Of a DNA stretch of 64,000 bases, positions 41,509-51,321 are shown one piece after another (positions within the stretch are counted from its first letter, which is position 1; each line of letters begins with the position of its first letter). Source of the DNA: Squalus acanthias (taxonomy: Eukaryota); NCBI GenBank assembly GCA_030390025.1, contig CM059432.1:36024001-36088000 (forward strand). The letters run 5' to 3'. Under the pieces are notes generated by a model that made no database searches, was not told where the DNA came from, and worked only from the letters and a program-made list of their open reading frames with translations. A program made the translations under genes and the position numbers.

Positions 41509-42463
41509 GTAAGTGTCTTGGTTTGATAGTGTGCAGACTCAAGTCAGGAGTGTGATGGAATACTCTCCACTTGCCTGGATGAGTGCATCTCCAATAACAT
41601 CAAGAAGCTCGACACCATCCAGGACAAAGCAGCCCGCTTGATTGGCACCCCATCCACCACCTTAAACATTCACTCCCTCCACCACCAGCGTACCGTGGCT
41701 GCAGTGTGTACCATCTACAAGATGCACTGCAGCAACTCGCCAAGGCTTCTTCGACAGCACCTCCCAAACTCGCGACCTCCACCGCCTAGACGGACAAGGG
41801 CAGCAGGCGCATGGGAACACCACCACCTCCAAGTTCCCCTCCAAGTCACACACTATCCTGACTTGGAAGTATATCGCCGATCCTTCATCATCGCTGGGTC
41901 AAAATCCTGGAACTCCCTCCCGAACAGCAGTGTGGGAGTACCATCACCACACGGACTGCAGCGGTTCAAGAAGGTGTTTCACCACCACCTTCTCGAGGGC
42001 AATTAGGGATGGGCAATAAATGCTGGCCTTGCCAGCGACGCCCACATCCCGTGAACGAATTAAAAAAAAACTCGTGTTACAACGAGAAAATGGCTGCTCT
42101 CGAAACAGGAAGGAGCGAGCACCCCGGATTTTCTGAACAAAGTGATACTGTCGCACACAGGGTACATTTGGAAGCAAGTACGCCTGCAAACCGTACTTGG
42201 AAACCAGAAGGAAAGATGACAGCAGCCCAGTACCTGCCCCAGTGATATTGGTTCCAGTGCTGACAGTTAGCTCCGCTCCTTAAATGGAGCTCTGGTAATG
42301 TCTCATTGGACAATGCCTCACCCAGTGTGGTACTGGGCCAGATGGGGGAATGGACAGTCCCACGCTCGATCTCTGACTTAGCCGATCACAGCTGAGGTGG
42401 CAGTGTGATTGGCTGCAGCATAACTGAGCTCAGGAGGGGAAAATCGGTCATGGTTCCCACTCC

Positions 42464-42624
42464 TGTGTGTGTCTGAGAATGTATGTGTGTGTCTGAGAAT
42501 GTATGTGTGTGTCTGAGAGTGTATGTGTGTGTCTGAGAATGTATGTGTGTGTCTGAGAATGTATGTGTGTGTCTGAGAGTGTATGTGTGTGTCTGAGAGT
42601 GTATGTGTGTGTCTGAGAATGTAT
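42464..42624. repeat. 20-bp satellite GTCTGAGARTGTATGTGTGT, left part
   Basis: Direct tandem copies. Confidence 0.95.
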
Positions 42625-42904
42625 GGGCTCGATTTTGCCATTGGGGTGGGCTGGGAGTGTGTCAGCTGGTTTTCATGTTAGCCACCCGACTCCAATGAGA
42701 TGTGGGAAAAAATTGCGATTTTCCCCTAATTGGGCACTTGATTTCCAGCGTGTGGGAACCCCTGGCCCAATTAGTCTTTCCATCCTGAAAGTCGCCTCCG
42801 ATGACGTCATCAGTGCTGCTGGATTTAAGGCCTGCAAGCAGCCTAGCTTCTTCTGCAGACTACAAACTTCATGCCCATTGCTGTAAGCCCTTATTTCAGC
42901 AACG

Positions 42905-43144
42905 ATGTCCAGCAGCAGGCCAAAGTCTGCTCCACGCTTTGATGACGCCGCCCTGCAAGCTCTGGTGGAGGGAGCCAGATCCAATAAGGAGGTGCTCTTC
43001 CCTTCCTCAGGGAGGAAAAAGCCTCCTCAGCAGACTAAAGCTGTGTGGATGCAAGTGGCCCAGGAGGTCAATTCTCTGTCTATGTGCCGCAGAACCTGAC
43101 TGCAGTGCAGGAAGAGGTTTCATGACCTTCTGCGCACTGGAAAA
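42905..43144 (+). pseudogene. Harbinger Myb/SANT-like gene, exon 1, with an in-frame TGA at codon 65
   Basis: MSSSRPKSAPRFDDAALQALVEGARSNKEVLF...WMQVAQEVNSLSMCRRT*LQCRKRFHDL resembles MSANTD/NAIF1-type trihelix domains; TGA at 43097-43099 sits at a Trp position; donor GTGAGT at 43145, phase 0. Confidence 0.85.
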
Positions 43145-43487
43145 GTGAGTATGACTTTCCCATCACCCTCAATCTGATCCCCATCGCCTCTCCTCACCAG
43201 CACTCTGCTTTGCCAACCTCTTCCTCCACATCCCACTTGACACTGACATCCCTGCACCCTTACCCATTCCCTCTCTCTGTATGTTCACATTCACTCAGCT
43301 ATTCGACTATGCAGCCCTCACACTCCCTATTGCTGTGATGCTATGACAATAACTTACAACACACAGGGAGGGCCCTTGGTCCTGGCACCTCACTCCATCT
43401 TTGTGTCCTTCTAAGCATCTATGCTATGGAATCTCTACACTCACTCCTTCATTTTCACTCAAACTCCACTTGTGTCCCTCATTGCAG

Positions 43488-43647
43488 GAAAAGAGAGCCC
43501 ACAATAAGAGGGAGAGGGTGAGGACAGGAGGAGGGCCACCCTCAGTAGCCCAGCTCACCCCTGCGGAGGAGGCGGCCCTGGAGATTGTGGGAGTGGAGGA
43601 GGATGCGCAAGTGGGGGACGGACAGACGGGCGCATCACAGCAAGCTG
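43488..43647 (+). pseudogene. Harbinger Myb/SANT-like gene, exon 2 (EKRAHNKRERVRTGGGPPSVAQLTPAEEAALEIVG...)
   Basis: ccctcattgcag acceptor ending 43487; TGGG..LT.AEE motif typical of the region after Myb/SANT domains; donor GTGACA at 43648, phase 1. Confidence 0.8.
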
Positions 43648-43803
43648 GTGACAGAATAGTTTGGCATCTCCCTCATCGACATTGCATGAGTCACTGATAA
43701 TGATTCTGATGCTCTAACTGATTGACTTATGATCATCTGCACTATTCAATGTTCATGTAACCATGACCTCACATCTCTAACTCTTTCCTTTACTCCCCCA
43801 CAG

Positions 43804-44828
43804 GACCATCCAAAGCCCCCGTCCCCACTGTCCAGGAGGAAGAGCCTGAGCTTCCACACTCCTCAGAGGAAGCTCCAACCTCTGAGGGCGCAGCGTCAGC
43901 AGAATTCAGAGCACCCAGCACCAGCGCAGACACTCACGCCTCGATGGGACCCTCGCGAGATAGAGTAGTGTTGTCACATGGTGTATCACAGCTCACAAGT
44001 GAGCATCAGCAGATGGTGGAGACAGGGACAGCAGTGGAGAGTCCTCGTCGGAGGGCGCAGGACTCTGCCAGCTCGGCTCAGCTGCATGTCGACCCTGTGC
44101 CTCCGGGTCCATCCAGAAGAACAGCGGTGCTGGAACTCCAGGAACAGGTGCAGGAGTCTCTGGCAGGTTTTGTCTCTAGGGTAGCTGCGAGTGTGGAGCG
44201 AATGGAGGAGTCCCTCGCTAACATGAGCAGAGCCTTTGTGGAGGTGTTGGCACATGAACGCAGCACCACGGAAAGGATGGCTACAGCCATGGAGGCAGTA
44301 AGTTGCCGGAGTGAGGAAAACATGGTGAGTGTTCAGAATAGACTGACATCTCTGGAGGAGCGATGGTCAGCTATTGAACAGAGAAACCAGAGCTTCATGG
44401 AAGTCCTTCTGAGTAGGACTGCCAGTGCAGAGACGGGTCCCCATGGCCCCCCTGATGTGCAGCAAGGTGCTCTCAAGCCACTTGCAAGCGCTGAGGTGGA
44501 CCTGACCCATGAGAGGGAAGTTGGTGGCAGACATCATGGAAGTGGGGGCTCCTCTCCAAGCGCTCACACTTCCATGCCACTGCAGAGCCCTCGGTCAGAG
44601 CCCCACCAGAGTCCCCACCCAACTGAGATCGGCGTCTCAACCCCTGCACAGCCGCAGGAGCAGCAGAATGTTGCCGAGCCCTCACAGGCTCGCAACCTCA
44701 GAGGACGCCCGCCAAAGGTGTCGAGGCAGGAGCAGCAAGAAAGTGAGCAAGGGGCCTCCACATCTGCTGAAGCCACAGGGGAAGCACCACGTAGGAGCAC
44801 GCGTAAAAGAAAAATAATGCACAAGTAG
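43804..44828 (+). pseudogene. Harbinger Myb/SANT-like gene, exon 3 (acidic/Ser-rich region, coiled-coil-like segment, RGRPPK, basic C-terminus PRRSTRKRK)
   Basis: ctttcctttactcccccacag acceptor ending 43803; g+ga=Gly puts the exon in frame with ORF 43944-44828; fully open to TAG at 44828. Confidence 0.75.
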
Positions 44829-45086
44829 TCACAAGGGTAGTCACTTGGGTGTAATGTTGTGTTTAATCTTGAAATGCCAGCACTTGCTTGGTGTGATAAA
44901 AAATTCTGCTGGCAAACTGCTGAAGTTGTGGCATCTGTCATTTAGCAAATGGGACTTCCACATTGAGGCCTTAGGATGACTTGCAATTGTCAGTATGGTG
45001 GTCAGAGTGATAGGAATCCACAGGTTCTTGGCCATTGTTGATGGTCTGATAAGAAGGTGCGAGGCAAAAGTGTTTGATTGTGCAGG

Positions 45087-45308
45087 CTAAGCAAATCTGG
45101 TCAAGTGCGTCCCTTGCATCCCGGGCAGCAATGTGGTCGCGCGCTGGCGCCTTCTGGCCTGTGCAGCTTCAGGTGGGTGAGCAGCAGCTTGGCACTCCTA
45201 TTGATGCTGCTACTGCTGGTGGTGCTGTTGTTCATGGTTCTGCTGCTGCCACGGCTGGTCTTTGTCCGAATCTGATGTCCAGGAGGAAAGGAATTAAATG
45301 GTCGCCAT
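45087..45308 (-). pseudogene. Stub of a probable Harbinger transposase (N-terminus fused to C-terminus, catalytic core missing)
   Basis: MATI*FLSSWTSDSDKDQPWQQQNHEQQHHQQ*QHQ*ECQAAAHPPEAAQARRRQRATTLLPG; a shifted frame reads DHIAARDARDAL; convergent to the Myb gene; homologous to 58255-58497. Confidence 0.55.
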
Positions 45309-45857
45309 GCTTCTGGTATATGCCTCAGTTGAGGAAGCGCTCAGTCAAGGTGGCGAGAGGGGTTTCCCAGGAGGTCACACTGGAGATGGGTGTCAGGCTC
45401 CAAACTTCCACAACAATGGGTATGCCTGCTAAAAGTTCCCCCAGACCTGAGACCACAAAGTTCTGCCACCTGCAAATGAAGATTGCTGAAAACTCCTTTT
45501 TAATGGTGGAGTTGCAGCTGTTAGTAAACAATCCACTTGTGTTGCCGCCAGGATTCACTGGCGTGTTTCAGAGGAGGCGTAAAGCACGTGGGAAAAGTGT
45601 TAAAATCAGAAAGGCCTCTCAAAATGGGATTATAGAGGCACTTAACTGGTTGTTAAGGGCCTTAAGGGCCTATCCCGCCTCTTGGAGGCGGGATGGAGAC
45701 GGGGTCAGAAAACTCGCATGTGGGAAAATTGCTTGGAGGCGGGATGGAGGCGGGATCGGGCCCGGCCGCCAGTTTTTGCGATTTTAACAGTTCACACGCC
45801 TCCAATCCCGCCTCCTCGGGCCTGGCAAAATCGAGCCCTGTGTGTGTCTGAGAGTGT

Positions 45858-46446
45858 GGCTGGATTTTGATACTGGGGCGGGTTGGGGTCGTGTCATCCA
45901 CTTTTCGTGTTATCCACCCGACTGCAATTGGATGTGGGAGATTGATGCGATTTTCACCTAATTGGGCAATTCAGTTCCAGCATGTGGGAACCCATGAACC
46001 AATTAATGTTTTCAGTCTGAAAGTCGCCTCTGATGATGTCTTCATTACTGCTGTATTGAAGGTCTTCAGAGACTGCCTGGCCTTTGCTGTGAGAGGACCT
46101 GGATGCAAAATCAGCAGCAGCAGCCCTAAGAGAGAGAGAGAGAGAGGTGTTACCGCCAGGTTTCACATTCGTGGTTCAGAACAGGCGTGCTTCACATAGA
46201 ACAAGGGTTAAAATCACAAAGGCCTTTCAAAATGGCATTATAGAGCCAATATAGTGCTTGTTAAGGGCCTTAACAGCCTATCCCGCCTCTTAAAGGCGGA
46301 ACGGAGTCGGGACCAGCAGACATGATTTAATGAAAATTGCGTGGAGGCGGGATGGAGGCGGACTTGTGCCCGCCTGCCAGTTTTCGCAATTTTAACCCCC
46401 TACACGCCTCCAAACCCGCCTCCACGGGTCAATGAAAATCCAGCCC
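45858..46446. mobile_element. Harbinger-type MITE
   Basis: GGCTGGATTTT ... AAAATCCAGCCC termini; interior resembles both ends of the 42625-45838 element. Confidence 0.82.
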
Positions 46447-47383
46447 TGTATGTATGTGTCTGAGAGTGTATGTGTGTGTCTGAGAGTGTATGTGTGTGTC
46501 TGAGAATGTATGTGTGTGTCTGAGAATGTATGTGTGTGTCTGAGAATGTATGTGTGTGTCTGAGAGTGTATGTGTGTGTCTGAGAGTGTATGTGTGTGTC
46601 GGAGAATGTATGTGTGTGTCTGAGAGTGTATGTGTGTGTCTGAGAGTGTATGTGTGTGTCTGAGAGTGTATGTGTGTGTCTGAGAGTGTGTATGTGTGTG
46701 TCTGAGAGTGTGTATGTGTGTGTCTGAGAATGTGTGTGTGTGTCTGAGAATGTGTGTGTGTGTCTGAGAATGTGTGTGTGTGTCTGAGAGTGTGTATGTG
46801 TGTGTCTGAGAGTGTGTGTGTGTCTGAGAATGTATGTGTGTGTCTGAGAGTGTATGTGTGTGTCTGAGAATGTATGTGTGTGTCTGAGAGTGTATGTGTG
46901 TGTCTGAGAGTGTATGTGTGTGTCTGAGAGTGTATGTGTGTGTCTGAGAATGTGTGTGTGTGTCTGAGAGTGTGTGTGTGTGTCTGAGAGTGTATGTGTG
47001 TGTCTGAGAGTGTATGTGTGTGTCTGAGAGTGTATGTGTGTGTCTGAGAGTGTGTGTGTGTCTGAGAATGTATGTGTGTGTCTGAGAGTGTATGTGTGTG
47101 TCTGAGAATGTATGTGTGTGTCTGAGAGTGTATGTGTGTGTCTGAGAGTGTATGTGTGTGTCTGAGAATGTGTGTGTGTGTCTGAGAGTGTGTGTGTGTG
47201 TCTGAGAGTGTATGTGTGTGTCTGAGAGTGTATGTGTGTGTCTGAGAATGTGTGTGTGTGTCTGAGTGTGTGTGTGTGTCTGAGAGTGTATGTGTGTGTC
47301 TGAGAGTGTGTATGTGTGTGTCTGAGAATGTATGTGTGTGTCTGAGAGTGTATGTGTGTGTCTTGAGAGTGTGTATGTGTGTG
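46447..47383. repeat. 20-22-bp satellite GTCTGAGARTGTATGTGTGT, right part
   Basis: Direct tandem copies with variable GT number. Confidence 0.97.
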
Positions 47384-48454
47384 TTGACTTTGAGTCAGGA
47401 TATTACACACCGGGTAAAAGGGAACGATTAACTCCCATCTGGTACTGTACGGCCCGTGTGTGTCTCAGTGTCAGCACCTGTAGAGGTACAACCCTAAATC
47501 TCCTCAGTTGGACTTCTGAAGCAGCCTGTACTTCTTGTCTGTCTCCCCCCCCACCCTCCCCACATAATGTTTCTCCCCTCCCCCAGTTTTACCATCTTTG
47601 GTTCTGACGGTGCTGGCTCGTCCCAGGGCTTTGGATCCCATGGGCACCAGTCACCCGCTAATATCTCACTCAAGTGATCATTCAGGGTGTTCTGCAACAA
47701 ATTTCCACACACACTCTCTCACACTCACTCACACGCTCACTCACATACACATACACGTGCACACAGACACACACACTCTCATACACACATGTGCACATAT
47801 ATACTCATGCATATGCGCGCACAGACACATGCACTCACACACATTCTCAAGCATTACTCACCTTGACATGCAGACATATATAAAAATACACGCATTCACA
47901 CACTCAGCTTCACATGCACACACAAACACACACTCTCAATCACACACCTACCAGCAGGTATCACAGAATGGAACTTGGCTATGATGCCCTTCATAGTCAA
48001 ATAGCTTACTGATACTTATTGCATAGGTTCACACATGAAGAATGGACGAGGTAGCAGTTGGTACTGGTGGGACTGTCTCCCAGGAAGACACACCACCTTC
48101 AGGAGAGGGAGGAAGAAAATTGGAAAGGAATGGGGTAAAACAAGAGAGCAAGGGGTTCGAGTGGCGTGAAGCTGTGCTCCCTGTCACTGTGGGCTCCTCA
48201 CTGCCCTCTCTGGTACTGACTGATGTACAGACGTACTTACCGCCTTGTAATTCCCTCCTAATTATAGACCCTGCCTTACTCATCAGAGGGAGCAAATTAC
48301 AGGTTTATTTTATTTATTTTAGTCTGCCTTCAGAAGATGCAAAAAATGTTACTTACGATTGAAATGTTCAGGACACTGTAGAATTGGCTGACCAGCCAGC
48401 CCAGCAGTCAGTGTTTTTAATTTGATTCACAGCTGATGCAGTACCGAATGAACC

Positions 48455-49005
48455 TTGGTCAGACCCCACCTGGAGAACTGCGTTCAGTTTTGGGCACCAT
48501 ACCTCAGGAAGGATATATTGGCCTTGGAGGGGGTGCAGCACAGATTCACCAGAATGATACCAGGGCTTAAAGGGTTAAATTATGAGGACAGGTTGCCTAA
48601 ACTTGGCTTGTTTTCCCTTGCGTTTAGAAGATTAAGGTGTGACCTAATCAAGGTGTTTAAAATGATTAAGGGATTCGATAGAGTAGAGAAACTATTTCCT
48701 CTGATGGGTGAATCCAGAACAAGAAGGCATAATCTTAAAATTAGAGCCAGGCCATTCAGGAGTGAAATCAGGAAGCACTTTTTCACACAACGGTAGTGGA
48801 AATCTGGAACTCTCTCCCCCATAAGGCTGTGGATGCTAGGAAAATTAAATTTTCAAGACTGAGATCAATAGAATTTTACTAGGTAAGGGTATCAAGGGAT
48901 TTGGTTGAAAGTCGGCTAAGTGAGGTTGAGGTACAGATCAGCCATGATCTAATAGAATGGTGGAACAGGCTCAAGGGGCTGAATGGCCTAGTCCTGTTCC
49001 TATGT
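48455..49005 (+). mobile_element. CR1 3' fragment
   Basis: VRPHLENCVQFWAP...RRLRCDLI. Confidence 0.85.
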
Positions 49006-49552
49006 ACCTACAGTATTTGGCCAAACACACCGTAAAGGTCCTGGGTTCAACACCTGACCTCAGCTCGGAAGTAATGAGGAGGGGCACTTTGCACCCCCAG
49101 GTTTAGAAAGGAGGGAGGCCAGAGTTCCTGCTCCTGCTCACAATCGGCCGCCCCCTGCTGGCAGAGTAGCATGTTGACGCTAACTGTCCAGGCTCACATA
49201 TGACACATGGTTACATAATACCGGGGTGCGGGGGCACCAATACCCTAGGAAGAGTCAGAGAGTTCGGGGGGAGTGGGGGGGGGAGGAATCAGGAAAGAAT
49301 AATACAAGTGACTGAGACAAACCAGGGTATGGAGATTAGATTTAAAAGCTGGTGGACTGTAGGAGGAAGGGAACGCTGAATTGAAGGGTATGCTGGAAAT
49401 CTGAAATTAAGTGTGCCAGTCACTGTCTGACAGAGAGTAGTGTTGTGTATTGGACCCTTCCCCAGAGCTTCATTCCTGCTGATTGGGTCCCCATCGAAGG
49501 GGTAAATCTGGCGATTTTTTTCGTAGCTCAGCGTTTCCCGAGTGGGGCAATA

Positions 49553-50660
49553 ACCACCACTCTGCCCCACCCCCATCACTGCCCCACCCCCACCTCACTG
49601 CCCCACCCCCACCTCACTGCCCCACCCCCACCTCACTGCCCAACCCCCACCTCTCTGCCCCACCCCCACCTCACTGCCCCACCCCACCTCTCTGCCCCAC
49701 CCCCTCACTGCCCCACCCCCTCACTGCCCCATCCCCTCACTGCCCCACCCCCTCTCTGCCACACCCCCACCTCACTGCCTCACCCCACCTCACTGCCCCA
49801 CCCCCACCTCACTGCCCCATCCCCCCTCACAGCCCCACCCCCACCTCACTGCCCCACCCCCACCTCTCTGCCCCACCCTCACCTCACTGCCCCACCCCCA
49901 CCTCACTGCCCCACCCCACCTCTCTGCCCCACCCCCACCTCACTGCCCCACCCCCACCTCACTGCCCCACCCCCACCTCTCTGCCCCACCCTCACCTCAC
50001 TGCCCCACCCCCACCTCACTGCCCAACCCCCACCTCTCTGCCCCACCCCCACCTCACTGCCCCACCCCACCTCTCTGCCCCACCCCCTCACTGCCCCACC
50101 CCCTCACTGCCCCATCCCCTCACTGCCCCACCCCCTCTCTGCCACACCCCCACCTCACTGCCTCACCCCCCCTCACTGCCCCACCCCCACCTCACTGCCC
50201 CACCCCCTCACTGCCCCACCTCCATCACTGCCCCACCCTCACCCCCACCTCTCTGCCCCACCCCACCTCACTGCCCCACCCCCACCTCACTGCTCCACCC
50301 TCACCTCACTGCCCCATCCCCCCTCACTGCCCCACCCCCACCTCACTGCCCCACCCCCACCTCTCTGCCCCACCCTCACCTCACTGCCCCACCCCCACCT
50401 CACTGCCCCACCCCACCTCACTGCCCCACCCCCACCTCACTGCCCCACCCCCACCTCTCTGCCCCACCCTCACCTCTCTGCCCCACCCCCACCTCTCTGC
50501 CCCACCCCACCTCTCTGCCCCACCCCCACCTCTCTGTCCCACCCTCACCTCTCTGCCCCACCCCCACCTCTCTGCCCCACCCCCACCTCACTGTCCCACC
50601 CCCACCTCTCTGCCCCACCCCCACCTCTCTGCCCCACCCCCACCTCACTGTCCCACTCCC
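49553..50660. repeat. C-rich minisatellite of about 20 bp (CCTCACTGCCCCACCCCCA)
   Basis: Degenerate tandem array; G-runs on the - strand. Confidence 0.95.
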
Positions 50661-50759
50661 AGGCTGCCTGCCCAGATTAAGGGGTGGTTGGGAATTTGCT
50701 ACTCGGATGGAGTGCTTCTTTATGAATGTCTTATATGTTCTGAGCGATTCGTGGAGTAG

Positions 50760-51229
50760 TCTCACATCTCTCTCCTCTCTCTCCTTCCCTCTCTCTCTCC
50801 CTCTCCCTCCCTCTCTCCCCTTCTCTATCCCTCTCTCCCTCTCTCTATCTATCCCTCTGTCTCTATCCTTCTCTCCTCACTGTCTCTCCCTCTCTCCCTC
50901 ACTTTGTTTCTCTCTCTCCCCACAATCTCCCTCTCCTTCACTCCCTCCCTCTTTATCTCTCCCTGTCTCTCCCCCTGTGTTTTCTGTCTGTCTCTATTTC
51001 CTCTATCCACTCTCCCTCTGTCTCTCCCTCTTTCCTCACTCTCTTGCTCTAAATCTCTCCTTCTAATGCTCTCTTCCTCGATATCTCTCTCTCTCCCCTT
51101 TTCCCCTCTATTTCTCACCCTCTCCCTCTTCCCTCTCACTCTCTCCCTCTATCTGTTTCTCCCCTCTCCCTCTCTGTCTCCCTCTCTCATTATCACTCTG
51201 TCTCCCTCTATCTCTTTCCCCCTCTCCGC
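50760..51229. repeat. CT-rich low-complexity tract abutting the last-exon acceptor
   Basis: Almost pure pyrimidine on the + strand. Confidence 0.93.
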
Positions 51230-51231
51230 AG

Positions 51232-51321
51232 GCCTGTGCCACTGCAGCAATGCATCCCGTCTACTACGTGCACTCGGAAGGGAGGATTGTAGCTGAATGG
51301 AGACCAACGCGGGGCTGGTAG
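51232..51321 (+). CDS. DSD1: D-serine dehydratase-like gene, last coding exon ([29 protein letters not shown])
   Basis: Long pyrimidine tract and CAG ending 51231; completes IPYH|ACA with Cys345; typical W.P.RGW C-terminus; TAG at 51319-51321; spliced CDS 1119 nt = 372 aa + stop. Confidence 0.93.
   Translation, partial: ACATAAMHPVYYVHSEGRIVAEWRPTRGW

Larger units (their letters stand above)
42625..45838 (+). mobile_element. PIF/Harbinger DNA transposon, non-autonomous, carrying a Myb/SANT gene
   Basis: Perfect 16-bp TIRs GGGCTCGATTTTGCCA (42625-42640) and TGGCAAAATCGAGCCC (45823-45838); splits a 20-bp satellite; internal Myb/SANT gene and convergent transposase-like stub. Confidence 0.88.

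Noticed and set aside
43097..43099. In-frame TGA as selenocysteine or programmed readthrough
   Set aside because: Aligns with Trp (TGG) in the sister element and no SECIS was seen; a point mutation or sequencing error is simpler
46400..47410. 336-aa His/Thr-rich ORF
   Set aside because: Translation of the 20-bp satellite
49445..51066. Pro/His-rich 411- and 527-aa ORFs (extensin-like)
   Set aside because: Artefacts of C-rich and CT-rich repeats
1364..51321. Bacterial contamination or recent horizontal transfer of the dehydratase
   Set aside because: Six canonical spliceosomal introns filled with host repeats; the family is known in non-mammalian vertebrates
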